A stretch of 64,000 bases of DNA, taken from Pseudomonadales bacterium (lineage in GTDB: Bacteria; Pseudomonadota; Gammaproteobacteria; Pseudomonadales; CAWVSB01). The translations under genes and the position numbers were made by a program. The notes below the pieces were generated by a model. It was not told the DNA's origin. It ran no database searches and worked only from the letters and a program-made list of their open reading frames with translations. This document shows positions 38,701-50,064 of the stretch, piece after piece (the first letter of the stretch is position 1; the number at the start of each line of letters is the position of its first letter). The stretch lies in assembly GCA_046710535.1 (NCBI GenBank), contig JBKEHH010000003.1, forward strand, positions 187,969 through 251,968, read 5' to 3'.

Positions 38701-40074
38701 TTAGTCTGCCGCTAAAGACGCTCTGCGCTTAGCTTCATTGTCAATGTACTGAACCCACTGACCGGCCACTTTTTCACTACGCTCATCTTTCTTCGCTTCA
38801 ACAAACTGCTTTCTAGCATCGGACAATTTATTTAAATTAAACAATGACATGCCAATTACAATATAAGTATTGTCGCGACGACGTACGCCTTTTTTGCTTA
38901 ATGCTGTCTTGCCAGCGTCTACCGCTTGCTTAAACATATCATTATCAAAATATATGTTCGCTAACCGTGCCCAAGGCTCACCTTCAGTCGACGTTTTCGC
39001 AGCTTTCTCCATATAAGGTAGCGCGGCTTTATTCTCTTGAGCAGCGCTTAAAGCATTACCCATTAGCTGATAGTTTTTGGAGCTGCCTTTAATCGCTTCA
39101 CGTTTAAAGCCTTCATCTAAAACTTGAGTAGCCTTATAAGGCATTTCTGAACCAAGAAACAAATAAGCCATATTAATTAGCTCTTGCTCACGGTTTAACC
39201 CTTCGGTGACATAAGCAGTTTCATAAGCAATTAATTGCTTTTTCTCTTGTTGTAATTCACCATAAATACCGGAAATCTGTGTCCAATATTCACGTTTTGG
39301 CCACTTACGTATCAGCTGCTCTAGTACTTCGCCAACTTTAGGCATATCGCCTTTCTCATAGTACAAGGCACGCATTAGTAAGTACCATTGTTCTTTAGGC
39401 TCTTTACCTTTTAACTCAGCCAGCCTCATGGCTTTTTCAACTTCCCTTAGCGCACTATCATAATTTTGAACTTGGAAGTAGGCCTGCGCTAACAGCACAT
39501 GAGCACTTGGCTGCGCGTCTTCAGCGAGTTTAAACCAATCTGTTAACTCCTTAATTGCTCCCTTGTAGTCTTCTACCACAAAATATAGCTGTGCAAGTTG
39601 GTACTTAGTATTCAGTTCCATCGCTAACGGAATATCTTCTTGAGAAATTACATTGCGATAGGCTTCAATAACCTTTGGATAATTTTCTTGCGCGTAATAA
39701 ACGAATGCATAAAAATTATACATATTGGCTTTTTCGTAACCGTTAAGCTCTTTTTTACCAGTTGTATTTTTTAGGTCATCAAGAATCTTTAACGCTTCTA
39801 CGAAATCTTTTTCTTCCGAAGCAATCTGTGCAGCACTTAACTTTTCATAGACTGCGTTTCTAAGTGCAGGAGTTCTACGAGTTTCTCGCGTATCTTTTGG
39901 TTTGTCTTCAGCAGCCTGAGCAACACCATATGATTCAATCCCAGGTATAGATGAAACAATACCTGGAGTTGCCGCTAGAAAACAAAAAGCGACCGCACCA
40001 TTCACCACACTCCGACTTAGGGAGCACATTGATGTCTTGGCTTTTATTAACATTGTCATGTGATTATGTTCCAA
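38701..40074 (-). CDS. Tetratricopeptide repeat protein (TtpD-like, TonB system associated)
   Basis: Repeated helical TPR-like units ('LAQLYF', 'LLAQAYFQ', 'ARLANIYF'); last gene of the tonB operon. Confidence 0.85.
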   Translation of the reverse strand: MEHNHMTMLIKAKTSMCSLSRSVVNGAVAFCFLAATPGIVSSIPGIESYGVAQAAEDKPKDTRETRRTPALRNAVYEKLSAAQIASEEKDFVEALKILDDLKNTTGKKELNGYEKANMYNFYAFVYYAQENYPKVIEAYRNVISQEDIPLAMELNTKYQLAQLYFVVEDYKGAIKELTDWFKLAEDAQPSAHVLLAQAYFQVQNYDSALREVEKAMRLAELKGKEPKEQWYLLMRALYYEKGDMPKVGEVLEQLIRKWPKREYWTQISGIYGELQQEKKQLIAYETAYVTEGLNREQELINMAYLFLGSEMPYKATQVLDEGFKREAIKGSSKNYQLMGNALSAAQENKAALPYMEKAAKTSTEGEPWARLANIYFDNDMFKQAVDAGKTALSKKGVRRRDNTYIVIGMSLFNLNKLSDARKQFVEAKKDERSEKVAGQWVQYIDNEAKRRASLAAD

Positions 40075-40076
40075 AA

Positions 40077-40682
40077 CTATTTTTGCAATTCGTAGGTAAA
40101 CTTATTCTGCACGCCCGCAACTTCAATTGGCACACCATCAGAAACTCTAGGCTTATATTTAAACTTACCTGCAGCTCTGACAGAAGCTCGCTCAAAGTAA
40201 CCACTTGGTTGGCAGTCCACCGCTGTTGCGTCTTTTGTTGCTCCAGTCGTTGTCACTGTGTACTCAACAATACAGTAACCCTCTATACCACGACTGTTAG
40301 CTCGGTTTGGATAAATAGGGGCAACCTTAACGATTGGCAGATATTCACCGTCAGACGCTGACATACCACCAGCACCTATTTTGACACTAACTTTTGGTGA
40401 GAAGTTCATATTAAGCGCGGTATCAACCTGAATATCATTAATAACAGGCGTATCCAGTTCTGGTGGTGGCTCTTCAGGATCTTCTGGCTTGTCCGGTTTA
40501 GCGGCATCGACATTTACATCGATATCAACGTCCGGCATTGAAAAGTCAGCGATTTTGGTCGCCTCCGAATCATCAAGTTTATGGTTAGCAGACTTTATCA
40601 ATGTAAACATTATGACAAAAAGTCCAACCGTAACGACAAAGGCTAAGGCGGCGCCGATAATTATTTTTATAACTTTACCCAT
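40077..40682 (-). CDS. tonB: Energy transducer TonB
   Basis: N-terminal TM, Pro-rich 'KPDKPEDPEEPPPE', C-terminal 'PIYPNRA...GIEGYCIVEY', 'KFKYKPR'. Confidence 0.92.
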   Translation of the reverse strand: MGKVIKIIIGAALAFVVTVGLFVIMFTLIKSANHKLDDSEATKIADFSMPDVDIDVNVDAAKPDKPEDPEEPPPELDTPVINDIQVDTALNMNFSPKVSVKIGAGGMSASDGEYLPIVKVAPIYPNRANSRGIEGYCIVEYTVTTTGATKDATAVDCQPSGYFERASVRAAGKFKYKPRVSDGVPIEVAGVQNKFTYELQK

Positions 40683-40687
40683 GAGAA

Positions 40688-41098
40688 CTATTTTTCCTCG
40701 GCGGCAAGGTGGATATCAGAAACACCAGCATCACGAGCAGCATCATAAACAATAGCAAATTTCTCAGCAGTAGACTGCTGGTCTGCCTGAATTACGACGG
40801 CACCTTTAGGATTATCAGCATGCATGCGCTCGATAATTGCTTTTACAGATGTGGGCTTAACCAATACTTTATTAATCCAAATTTCATCGGTAGCAGTTAC
40901 TGCTACTAAAATATTTTGGTTCTTAACTTCATCGCGAGTCTCAGCAACAGGCCGATTTACATCAACACCTGCTTCTTTGATAAACGTCGCTGTCACAATA
41001 AAAAAGATTAACATAATAAAAACTACGTCCAACATGGGCGTAAGATCTATTTGCTGACCCTGTTCTTCGGCAGCTTTTCTAACTAGAGAATTGCGCAT
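40688..41098 (-). CDS. exbD: Biopolymer transporter ExbD
   Basis: 'IDLTPMLDVVFIMLIFFIVT', 'VVIQAD'. Confidence 0.94.
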   Translation of the reverse strand: MRNSLVRKAAEEQGQQIDLTPMLDVVFIMLIFFIVTATFIKEAGVDVNRPVAETRDEVKNQNILVAVTATDEIWINKVLVKPTSVKAIIERMHADNPKGAVVIQADQQSTAEKFAIVYDAARDAGVSDIHLAAEEK

Positions 41099-41108
41099 CT
41101 TATACTCT

Positions 41109-41636
41109 TTAGTGATCGTTCGTTAGTTGGTCTTCTAGCAACTGATTTTCACGCGCCGCGACACCTTCAATATACGTACCGGCAAAAACTCCAGACAACG
41201 CCGCTACCATTCCAGCCATAGTGGGGATAGTCGCTTTCGACACACCACCCGCCATTGACTTAGCGTCACCACCGCCAGTAATAGCCATAATCTCAAATAC
41301 TTCAATCATGCCCGTTACAGTTCCTAGTAGACCAAGCAATGGACACAGCGCTGTCATTGTCTTGATAACAGGAACCAAATTATTGATTTTCAATGACGCT
41401 TGAGAAATTAATAATTTACGGACCTGTTTAGCATGCCAAGATTTACGCTCACTACGCGCTTCCCAAACAGTCATTGCCGCATCTACATCAGTTCTCAGTT
41501 CAGTACGGTAATACCAAACTCTCTCAACAATGATTGTCCACATGCAGAGGCTCAGAATAGCAATTAGCCAAAGCACATTGCCTCCTGAATCCATAAACCG
41601 CATTAACTCGGAATAATAATCAAAAAGGTAATACAT
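41109..41636 (-). CDS. exbB: ExbB proton channel protein
   Basis: 'PLLGLLGTVTGMI', 'MAGGVSKATIPTMAG'. Confidence 0.9.
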   Translation of the reverse strand: MYYLFDYYSELMRFMDSGGNVLWLIAILSLCMWTIIVERVWYYRTELRTDVDAAMTVWEARSERKSWHAKQVRKLLISQASLKINNLVPVIKTMTALCPLLGLLGTVTGMIEVFEIMAITGGGDAKSMAGGVSKATIPTMAGMVAALSGVFAGTYIEGVAARENQLLEDQLTNDH

Positions 41637-41650
41637 TAGCGCGCTCCCAA

Positions 41651-43033
41651 TCAGGCCGCTGAGCGCTCGGCAATGATACCCGTAGACTGTTCTTCTAACA
41701 CATGGATGACCTTTTTAGATCTAGCACTAACCATGGTGTGCATAAGAACAGTAGGAATAGCAACAAGTAGGCCAAGTACTGTTGTTATCAACGCACCTGA
41801 AATACCACCAGCCATTGCCTTCGGATCACCAGCACCAAATATGGTTATTGCTTGGAAAGTAATAATCATACCGGTTACCGTACCAAGTAGACCCATTAGT
41901 GGAGCAACTGCTGCGATGATTTTTAAACCACCTAACATTTTTTCCAAATTCGGAATTTCTTTGAGAATCTGCTCGCTTAACTTTAATTCTAGCGTTTCAA
42001 CATTCATAGCTGGGTTATCTTCATGTACTTTGAGTACACGACCCAGCGGGTTGTCATCACTAGTAGTAGCTGACTTCATTTGAGCATTCACTTTTGCGCC
42101 TATCGAGGTCAATACAACAAAGCGCCACACAGCAATAATCAAAGCAACAAAACCTAGCGCGGTAATCGCATAACCAACATACCCACCTTGATGCCACCGC
42201 TCGTTAAGCGTAGGGGTACCAATTAGCGCTTTTAGCAATGAACCGCCAGTTGGGCCGGTTGGATCAATACCAAAAGGCGATAAACCGTCTGTAGACTGAG
42301 CTAGATCACCTGCCCAACTAACGTAACGACTTAGCGGCTGTCTTGGTAATTCTTTTAAAGTACCGTTGCTGTAAGACAAATAGCGACCGTCACCAGTAAC
42401 AATATTAAAACTACCTACCCGAGTCACAGTTTCCTGAGTTACGTCTCCATTGGGTGCGATAACTTCAGCTTCAAAATTCACGATACGACCAGATTCAGTC
42501 ATTTCACGCTGTAGCATTCCCCACAAACGTTCAATTTCTTGAACTGTTGGTAGCTTGTCAGAATCACTCATCTTCTCAACTAATCCGTCAATAAACTCTT
42601 CACGACCAGGATATTGAGCACTTGTTAGTGATACTTCGAAATTAGAGCGCATGTCACCAGCAGCAGATGTTAGGTGACCAAATAGCTCAGCCAATGTACC
42701 TAGCCGCTCTTTCAAGCGCTTCTGCGCATCAGTAACAAGCTTTTCATTTACTTCAAACTGCTTTTCTTTTTGAACAGATAACTTTTCTAAGCGAGTACGC
42801 TCAGCTTTCATATCATTCAACAATTTGATTTGCTCAGATTTAGCAGCCTTAAATTTTGCTTCACGAGCAGAGTTAGATTTAGCTTCAGAATAACGCCCTG
42901 CTTCTACTTTTTTCAGCAAGTCATCTAACGTCATAGATTTTTCTACTTCTTCTTGCCCCATTACCGCCGCTGAACTAACAGTTAAAATACTGGCAACAGC
43001 AACTAATTTTCTCATCATGCTAAATGTTTTCAT
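41651..43033 (-). CDS. Long MotA/TolQ/ExbB family protein (TtpC-like)
   Basis: Signal peptide, periplasmic coiled region, 'WHQGGYVG', 'APLMGLLGTVTGMIITFQ', 'GDPKAMAGGIS'. Confidence 0.9.
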   Translation of the reverse strand: MKTFSMMRKLVAVASILTVSSAAVMGQEEVEKSMTLDDLLKKVEAGRYSEAKSNSAREAKFKAAKSEQIKLLNDMKAERTRLEKLSVQKEKQFEVNEKLVTDAQKRLKERLGTLAELFGHLTSAAGDMRSNFEVSLTSAQYPGREEFIDGLVEKMSDSDKLPTVQEIERLWGMLQREMTESGRIVNFEAEVIAPNGDVTQETVTRVGSFNIVTGDGRYLSYSNGTLKELPRQPLSRYVSWAGDLAQSTDGLSPFGIDPTGPTGGSLLKALIGTPTLNERWHQGGYVGYAITALGFVALIIAVWRFVVLTSIGAKVNAQMKSATTSDDNPLGRVLKVHEDNPAMNVETLELKLSEQILKEIPNLEKMLGGLKIIAAVAPLMGLLGTVTGMIITFQAITIFGAGDPKAMAGGISGALITTVLGLLVAIPTVLMHTMVSARSKKVIHVLEEQSTGIIAERSAA

Positions 43034-43821
43034 TATTGCGCAACCTCCGGAGCTTTTACTGGTAGCGTCATAACGTCTTTAGTCGCTTGATTTAGCGCTA
43101 TACGAATACCCTTAGAGATAGCAACTTTATATAAACCGCTATCTACCTCGGTGAAATCACGAAGGACTGAATCGTAAGCACCAGAAACATTGCCATCAGT
43201 AGTTTGATACATAAGACCAATTCGACCAATTCGCAACATATTAACTTCAGTTGGCACACCGTTAATCTCTACACTGCCTTCATAAGTATCGATCTTACGG
43301 CCATATTCGGCTTCAATTTTGTAAGCTTCAAGCACCTGTCTAAATTTCTCAGCAACCGTTAAGTCACTGCGATCGACGTTCTCGCGCAAAAAGGAAATAC
43401 GCTCATCACGCTCTTCCTTTTTGAAAGGGATGTCTAAACCAACAAACTCTTCAAGACTATCAATCATCCGTATCACCAACGGTAGCATCTGACGAGATAC
43501 CACTGTCACTTGCGAAATAGATTCCTCTATTCGGTCTATACGAAGCAACTGATTATCGATCTGCTTATCCAGCCTAGCGTTATAAACCTTTAAGCCCTCT
43601 ACCTGTTTCAGAACTGTTTTATAGTCCTGCAGACGGTCACGAGTCTCATCGGCAAGTTTGTCCACGCGTTTTTGAGAAGACTGAGCTGCTTCTGTCTTCG
43701 CTTGGCCAACTTTATAAATTTGATCTAGCGAGTCTGCTTCAACTACTGCAGAACGCCCCATAATTGCGCCCGCCAGTACAATACTGGTAATGGCGACTTT
43801 CTTCATTCGGTGCATATTCAT
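43033..43821 (-). CDS. DUF3450 family protein (TtpB-like)
   Basis: 'DIPFKKEERDER', 'AEKFRQVLEAYKIEAEYGR', 'LRIGRIGL'; first gene of TonB2-type operon. Confidence 0.88.
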   Translation of the reverse strand: MNMHRMKKVAITSIVLAGAIMGRSAVVEADSLDQIYKVGQAKTEAAQSSQKRVDKLADETRDRLQDYKTVLKQVEGLKVYNARLDKQIDNQLLRIDRIEESISQVTVVSRQMLPLVIRMIDSLEEFVGLDIPFKKEERDERISFLRENVDRSDLTVAEKFRQVLEAYKIEAEYGRKIDTYEGSVEINGVPTEVNMLRIGRIGLMYQTTDGNVSGAYDSVLRDFTEVDSGLYKVAISKGIRIALNQATKDVMTLPVKAPEVAQ

Positions 43822-44118
43822 GGGAATAGCGTTTCCTTTGAATCGTTGTTAATGAAAGCTTAATTTTTATCGTTGCTGCGAGCCATGTATCTTATTTTCT
43901 GTCAGCGGCTTCAGCTTCTGATTGGTCGTAGTGAGACAATGTCAGAACAGCTATTTAATAACAACTATTTCCAATTATCAATACATAGGCCACGAATTAC
44001 TTGATATGCGCTAGCTGGCAGAAATCTTTAGCCCACAATTGGATTTACCAGCGCCTATCCGTGAACTTAGGTAACAAAGAGTTTTTAACGGTAACAATAC
44101 CAAAGTATTTTACTGAGC

Positions 44119-44592
44119 TTACCGCTCAAAAACACAAAAGCTATAAGCTAAACCGTCGTCTGAAACATGGTCTTCACGACTTATCTCTCGCCATTGGGAA
44201 TCTAATAGTGGAAAGTGCGCATCGCCATCAAAATCCTGGTGTATCTCTGTCAAATATATTCTGTCAACCAGCGGTAATGAACGTTTATAAAGTTCACTGC
44301 CTCCAATAAGCATTATTTCTTCTACGTCGCTTGCCGCTGCAATAGCAGCTTCAACGCTATGTACCACCGTTATTCCACTACTGGTAAAATCAGCATTGCG
44401 CGTAACAACAATATTCTGCCGTCCAGGCAGCGGCCGCCCAATAGACTCAAAAGTTTTTCGCCCCATAACAATTGGTTTACCCATCGTCACCGCTTTAAAA
44501 TATCTCAAATCCGCAGGTAAATACCAAGGCAGTTGATTATCTTTACCAATCACCTTATTGCTTGCTCTAGCAACAATTAACGATAGCATCAT
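44119..44592 (-). CDS. folA: Dihydrofolate reductase
   Basis: 'VIGKDNQLPWYLPADLRYFK', 'MGRKTFESIGRPLPGR', 'IGG'. Confidence 0.97.
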   Translation of the reverse strand: MMLSLIVARASNKVIGKDNQLPWYLPADLRYFKAVTMGKPIVMGRKTFESIGRPLPGRQNIVVTRNADFTSSGITVVHSVEAAIAAASDVEEIMLIGGSELYKRSLPLVDRIYLTEIHQDFDGDAHFPLLDSQWREISREDHVSDDGLAYSFCVFER

Positions 44593-45386
44593 TAAACTGC
44601 CACCTTGCCAGCAATATGTGCCTGAGGGGTATAATTTAACAGCTCAAAATCTTCAAATTTAAAGTCAAAAATACTTTTTACTTTAGGGTTGATTTTGATC
44701 ATCGGGAGGTCTGAGGGGGTACGTTGGAGCTGTAAATCAACTTGATCCATATGATTCAAATACAAATGAGCATCACCAAAGGTATGAATAAACTCTCCTA
44801 ACTCGAGCTCACACACCTGCGCCACCATCATCGTCAACAGAGCATATGAAGCAATATTAAAAGGTACTCCTAGAAAGATATCGGCACTGCGCTGATACAA
44901 CTGACAGGAAAGCTTGCCGTCGGCCACATAAAATTGGAACATGGTATGGCAAGGCGGCAGCGCCATATCGTTAACATCGGCAATATTCCAAGCGCTAACA
45001 ATATGCCTTCTTGAATCAGGATTAGTTTTAATGCCTTCAATTAACGCCTTAATCTGATCAAAATGCTCGCCGTTAGGAAGCGGCCAGCTGCGCCACTGAT
45101 AACCATATACAGGCCCCAAGTCGCCATTTTCGTCAGCCCATGCATCCCAAATTTTTACCCCATTTTCTTGTAAGTAAGCAATATTAGTGTCGCCGGCAAG
45201 AAACCAGAGCAACTCATGGACAATCGATTTTAAATGCAATTTTTTAGTAGTCAGCATGGGGAATCCAGCAGCCAAATCAAATCGCATTTGATAGCCAAAT
45301 ACGCTAGTGGTACCGGTACCTGTTCGATCTGATTTAACCGTGCCTTTTTCTTTGACATGACGCATTAAGTCTAAATACTGTTTCAT
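44592..45386 (-). CDS. thyA: Thymidylate synthase
   Basis: 'DRTGTGT', '[10 protein letters not shown]', 'MALPPCH', '[18 protein letters not shown]'. Confidence 0.98.
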   Translation of the reverse strand: MKQYLDLMRHVKEKGTVKSDRTGTGTTSVFGYQMRFDLAAGFPMLTTKKLHLKSIVHELLWFLAGDTNIAYLQENGVKIWDAWADENGDLGPVYGYQWRSWPLPNGEHFDQIKALIEGIKTNPDSRRHIVSAWNIADVNDMALPPCHTMFQFYVADGKLSCQLYQRSADIFLGVPFNIASYALLTMMVAQVCELELGEFIHTFGDAHLYLNHMDQVDLQLQRTPSDLPMIKINPKVKSIFDFKFEDFELLNYTPQAHIAGKVAV

Positions 45387-46183
45387 TTACTTTTCTCCGC
45401 TGCTGGCTGCTTATAAGCCACCACTAACAAAATTATTCCAACCGCTATCATCGGCAACGACAATTCCTGTCCGCGCGTCATCCAGCCCAGCACATCAAAG
45501 CCGATATGCGCATCTGGTTCGCGCACAAATTCTACTAAAAACCTAAATATACCGTAGAACAATGCGAACACGCCGGACACAGCATAACGAGGCCGCGGCT
45601 TCATTGAGAATAAAATCAAAATCAAAAATAACACCAGCCCTTCCAGCGCCGCTTGATACAGCTGCGATGGATGACGCACCAACTGACTAGGGTCGTTAGG
45701 AAATATCATCCCAAAACTAGAGGTGGTTTCACGACCCCACAATTCTTGCCCAATAAAATTACCTATGCGCCCCAGGCCCAACCCTAGCGGCACAAAAGGT
45801 GCGACAAAATCTAATAAATCAAAGCCTTTAACACCAATTTTTTTAGCATATGAAAACATCGCCACCATCACGCCTAGCATGCCACCATGAAAAGACATCC
45901 CACCTTCCCATACTTTGAATAGCCAAAGAGGGTCATCAACAAAGCGGTCAAATCCATAGAAGAATACATAGCCCGCACGGCCGCCCAAAATTATTCCGCA
46001 AGCCGCATAAAAAATAAGATCATCAACTTGTTTTTTATTAACTGGGGTATAAGGCAAAGCAGCACGCCGAGATGCAAGCCACCACGCGCCACTTAAGCCA
46101 AACAAATACATCAACCCATACCAATGTATTTGCAGCGGCCCTAACGCTAAGGCAACAGGATCAATTTCCGGATAAGACAGCAC
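45383..46183 (-). CDS. lgt: Prolipoprotein diacylglyceryl transferase
   Basis: 'HWYGLMY', 'GGMSFHGG', 'GRIGNF', 'HPSQLY', 'EFVREPD'; GTG start overlapping upstream TAG. Confidence 0.97.
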   Translation of the reverse strand: MLSYPEIDPVALALGPLQIHWYGLMYLFGLSGAWWLASRRAALPYTPVNKKQVDDLIFYAACGIILGGRAGYVFFYGFDRFVDDPLWLFKVWEGGMSFHGGMLGVMVAMFSYAKKIGVKGFDLLDFVAPFVPLGLGLGRIGNFIGQELWGRETTSSFGMIFPNDPSQLVRHPSQLYQAALEGLVLFLILILFSMKPRPRYAVSGVFALFYGIFRFLVEFVREPDAHIGFDVLGWMTRGQELSLPMIAVGIILLVVAYKQPAAEKSK

Positions 46184-46983
46184 TACAATGAACTCCAACT
46201 CTGAATAATAAACTCAATACCAATAAGTACTAAAAATACCGCAAACAATTTCTTTAGCTTATCGGCAGGCAACTTATGGGCAAGCTTGGCACCAATGGGT
46301 GCCATCAGTGCACTTGCCGCAATAATGCCTAAAAATGCTGGCCAGTATACATAGCCAATGCTTTGTTTTGGCAAATACGGACTATCAAGCCCTGCAAAAA
46401 TACTACCTGACGCGCCTGCGACCGCAATTGGCAGTCCAATTGCCGCAGAAGTTGCTACCGCAGACTGAATTCTCACATTGCAATAACTTAAAAATGGCAC
46501 CGTTAGCGAGCCACCACCAATACCAAACAAAGCGGATATACCGCCGATAAATAAGCCAACAAACGATAGTCCTAACGCCTGCGGAACCTCTCGCTGCGGG
46601 CTAGCGTTAAAACCAGACCCCATTTGTGCCGCAATAATTAATATAAACAGCCCCAGCAAAATACGTAAGGTTGTGCCACTGAGTAAGCCTGCAATCTGCG
46701 CGCCCAGCCAAGCTCCCAGCAATATCCCCGGAGCTATCACGGTAAAGATGTTCCATTGTATAGCCCTGGCATTATGATGAGCCAATACTGAACTAACAGA
46801 AGTGACCACAATTGTAGCCAGCGATGTGGCAACCGCCATATGAGTTAACACCTCAGGCGCAAGACCTTGCAGCGTAAAGGCGTATACGAGAGCTGGAACT
46901 ATAATTAGCCCACCACCAATACCAAACAACCCCGCCATAAAACCGGCAACAGCACCTAGGGCCAAGTAAAAAATTATTATCAT
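46183..46983 (-). CDS. Sulfite exporter TauE/SafE family membrane protein
   Basis: Duplicated 'GLFGIGGG' motifs, 'AVATSLA', ~8 TM segments. Confidence 0.9.
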   Translation of the reverse strand: MIIIFYLALGAVAGFMAGLFGIGGGLIIVPALVYAFTLQGLAPEVLTHMAVATSLATIVVTSVSSVLAHHNARAIQWNIFTVIAPGILLGAWLGAQIAGLLSGTTLRILLGLFILIIAAQMGSGFNASPQREVPQALGLSFVGLFIGGISALFGIGGGSLTVPFLSYCNVRIQSAVATSAAIGLPIAVAGASGSIFAGLDSPYLPKQSIGYVYWPAFLGIIAASALMAPIGAKLAHKLPADKLKKLFAVFLVLIGIEFIIQSWSSL

Positions 46984-47053
46984 CTAATGTTAGTATGCCC
47001 GTTCATTTAAGCCAGCCATTATCACTAAGGATGCTAACGACGCCAAACTATTT

Positions 47054-47791
47054 ATGTGCTTAATACTTTTTTCTTATCAGCCCGCTAGCAATCAGCGCTT
47101 ATGGCTTGCCGCAAACCGAGATGAGTTTCATCTGCGCCCTGCATTAGCTGCCAGGTCATGGCCACTGCAACCAGCTATTATTGCCGGACGAGACCTGCAA
47201 GCCGGTGGAACCTGGCTAGGGGTCACTAAGCATGGACGCTTTGCGGCAATCACTAACTATCGCAACCCAAATTCAGCAGAAGGAACTGTTTCACGCGGCG
47301 CTCTGTGCGCTGGTTTTTTGGCCACTAATACTAGCTGCCTTGATTATCTGAAGGAGATACAACGCAATAGAGATCAATATAGTGGCTTTAACTTACTACT
47401 GGATGATGGCGTTGATTTTTATTATTACAGCAATACTCAAAACCAGATTACTAAGTTGGCCGCTGGTTATTACGGGCTAAGTAATGCTTTTTTAAACACC
47501 TCATGGCCAAAAACTATGGGCGGGGTTGAAGCCTTAAAACGGGCACAATCTAACGACGACCTAATTAATTTGCTGGCCGACAAAACTCTGCCCCAAGACA
47601 TAGACCTTCCTGATACAGCTATCGACATTGAAACCGAAAGACTACTTGCACCGCGATTTATACAGTCTGCGCAATACGGTACTCGCGCCAGCACAGTGCT
47701 ATCAATTAGCGAAGAAATATTATTAAAAGAAAGAGGTTTTAATGCTGCAGGAGAAATAATTCACGATATTGAATTTCACTTTACGCTTTAG
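47054..47791 (+). CDS. NRDE/TANGO2 family protein
   Basis: 'MCLI', 'ANRDEF', 'GGTWLG', 'YGTRAST'. Confidence 0.93.
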   Translation: MCLILFSYQPASNQRLWLAANRDEFHLRPALAARSWPLQPAIIAGRDLQAGGTWLGVTKHGRFAAITNYRNPNSAEGTVSRGALCAGFLATNTSCLDYLKEIQRNRDQYSGFNLLLDDGVDFYYYSNTQNQITKLAAGYYGLSNAFLNTSWPKTMGGVEALKRAQSNDDLINLLADKTLPQDIDLPDTAIDIETERLLAPRFIQSAQYGTRASTVLSISEEILLKERGFNAAGEIIHDIEFHFTL

Positions 47792-47793
47792 CG

Positions 47794-50055
47794 CTAGCCA
47801 TTAAACTTGACTCGTGACGGCATGATCATACCTAACTCCGCCAAAGTCTCATTAACCCTTTCTTCAATATCGCGATTATCTTCAAGTTCTAACACGCTAT
47901 TGAGCAGTTCAACCGCCTGTGGCTTGGTAATTTGCCTGATTACCGCTTTTACCTTCGGCAAGTTATAAGCACTCATCGACAACACATCAAAGCCCATTGC
48001 CATTAGCAGCACCGCTGCTCCGGGGTCACCGGCTAATTCACCGCAAATAGATACTGGCTTACCTTCAGCATGACCACTATCGACAATAATTTTTAAGGCG
48101 CGTAACACCGCGGGGTGATAAGCGTGATAAAGATCAGCTACCCGCGGATTGTTTCTATCAACTGCCAGTAGGTATTGAGTTAAATCGTTACTCCCCACCG
48201 ACAAAAAGTCTACTCGCCGCGCTAACTCTTTAGCTTGATAAACTGCCGCCGGCACTTCAATCATCACCCCCACTGGAGGTAATTCCATCTTATAGCCTTC
48301 TTCAAGTAATTCTTCATGAACACGATAAAGCAGCTCTAAGGCTTCTTCCAGCTCCATCACATTACTAATCATCGGCAGCATAATGCGCAAATTACCGAAA
48401 TCGGCATTGGCTTTCATCATCGCTCTAATCTGCGCCAAGTAGATTTCTGGATGATCCAGTGTCACCCTAATACCGCGCCAGCCTAAAAACGGATTTTCTT
48501 CAGATATCGGAAAATACGGCAGTGCTTTATCGCCGCCAATATCTAAGGTTCGCATTGTCACCGGCTTAGGATAAAACGCTTCTAACTGCTCACGATAAAT
48601 CTGTCGCTGCTCTTCTTCACTAGGAAAACGGTCACGCAATAAAAAGGGTATTTCGGTACGATATAGGCCAACCCCTTCCGCACCGCGATCCAAAGAACGA
48701 GCCACTTCACTGACTAAACCGGTGTTTACCAGCAATAGCAGACGATGCCCGTCTAGACTTTCACATGGCTTATCTTTCAACTCTTCTAAGCCAGCGGCGA
48801 TTTCTAAATCTTCGGCCTGTAGCTTTTCATAATGCTGACGCAATTCTTCTGATGCATTGCAAACCACTTCACCGACCGAGCCATCAACAATAACTTGCTG
48901 ATGATTCAAGCGCATATAAGGTAAATCTTCTGCCCCAACCACAGTGGGAACGCCCAAAGCTCTCGCCATTATCGCCAAGTGACTATTGCGCGAACCTCGC
49001 ACCGACACTAACCCAGCTAAGCGCTCTTCTGGCACTTCCGCCAGTGCCGATGCGGTTAGCTCTTCGCCAATTAAGATTGTTTTTTCTGGATACTCACGCG
49101 CTTGATCGCCTGTCTCTTGCAAATACGCTAATACCCTGCGGCCCAAGTCTTTAATATCTACTGCGCGCTCACGCAGATAAGCATCATCGAGCATTTCAAA
49201 GGCGCGGGCATGAGTACGCATCACTTGGCTAATAGCGCCCTGAGCCCATTCACCTGCGCGAATCAAATCAGTAACTTCATCACCCAGCGCCTTGTCATCT
49301 AACATACCTAAATACACATCAAACAAGGCATGCTCTTCACGCGGCAGGAGAGTAGCCAAGCTCTCTGATAGATCTTTTATATCAGCCCTAACGGCGGCTA
49401 AGCTTTGATTAAAGAACTCTATTTCGACGTCAGGGTCTTCACACTTCCTGTTGGGCACAGCATCTAAATCTGCCGGCGGCACAACCACCACCACCTCACC
49501 AATGGCAATGCCTTCACTACCCGCCACGCCATGAAATATTGCCGTACCGCCATCAACATTGGCAATCATTGCTCCACTAGCGTCGGCGTGAGCAATCAAA
49601 GCTGCCAGCTGAGCTGACATAGTGACTAAAAACGATTCTTCACTTTCATCAAAGCGGCGCGGGGCTTGCTGCTGCACAACCAACACGCCCAACACCTTGC
49701 GGCGATGGATAATTGGCACACCCATAAACGCTTTAAAATTTTCTTCGCCAATGCCTGGCATATAGCGGTAAGCAGAATTTTCCTCGGCATTATCAATGTT
49801 GATAGTTTCTTCACGCTTAGCGACTTTGCCCACCAAACCCTCGCCCTTAGCTAGACCAATTTTACCTATTAGGTCTTGATTTAAGCCTTCGTTAGCGCGA
49901 AAAATATATTGCTCTTTACTCGAGTCGTAAAGATAAACTGTGCAGACCTCTGTACCCATGGCGCTGCGAACGCTACGGACAATAATGTCCAGCGCCGCCT
50001 GTAGATCACTGGCAGCATTTACTTCCTGGACAATTTTTCGTAGTTCTTCAAGCAT
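47794..50055 (-). CDS. ptsP: Phosphoenolpyruvate-protein phosphotransferase EI-Ntr
   Basis: N-terminal GAF, 'SHLAIMARALG', 'GLYRTE', 'RTLDIGGDK', 'SVGSNDLTQY'; follows rppH. Confidence 0.97.
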   Translation of the reverse strand: MLEELRKIVQEVNAASDLQAALDIIVRSVRSAMGTEVCTVYLYDSSKEQYIFRANEGLNQDLIGKIGLAKGEGLVGKVAKREETINIDNAEENSAYRYMPGIGEENFKAFMGVPIIHRRKVLGVLVVQQQAPRRFDESEESFLVTMSAQLAALIAHADASGAMIANVDGGTAIFHGVAGSEGIAIGEVVVVVPPADLDAVPNRKCEDPDVEIEFFNQSLAAVRADIKDLSESLATLLPREEHALFDVYLGMLDDKALGDEVTDLIRAGEWAQGAISQVMRTHARAFEMLDDAYLRERAVDIKDLGRRVLAYLQETGDQAREYPEKTILIGEELTASALAEVPEERLAGLVSVRGSRNSHLAIMARALGVPTVVGAEDLPYMRLNHQQVIVDGSVGEVVCNASEELRQHYEKLQAEDLEIAAGLEELKDKPCESLDGHRLLLLVNTGLVSEVARSLDRGAEGVGLYRTEIPFLLRDRFPSEEEQRQIYREQLEAFYPKPVTMRTLDIGGDKALPYFPISEENPFLGWRGIRVTLDHPEIYLAQIRAMMKANADFGNLRIMLPMISNVMELEEALELLYRVHEELLEEGYKMELPPVGVMIEVPAAVYQAKELARRVDFLSVGSNDLTQYLLAVDRNNPRVADLYHAYHPAVLRALKIIVDSGHAEGKPVSICGELAGDPGAAVLLMAMGFDVLSMSAYNLPKVKAVIRQITKPQAVELLNSVLELEDNRDIEERVNETLAELGMIMPSRVKFNG

Positions 50056-50064
50056 AATAAGTAA

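Noticed and set aside
38701-43821. Six-gene DUF3450-TtpC-ExbB-ExbD-TonB-TPR operon as a novel system
   Set aside because: It matches the known TonB2/TtpC architecture of marine Gammaproteobacteria.
43955-43982. Fur box upstream of the TonB operon
   Set aside because: Only a weak match (about 9 of 14 positions of the 7-1-7 motif) in AT-rich sequence.
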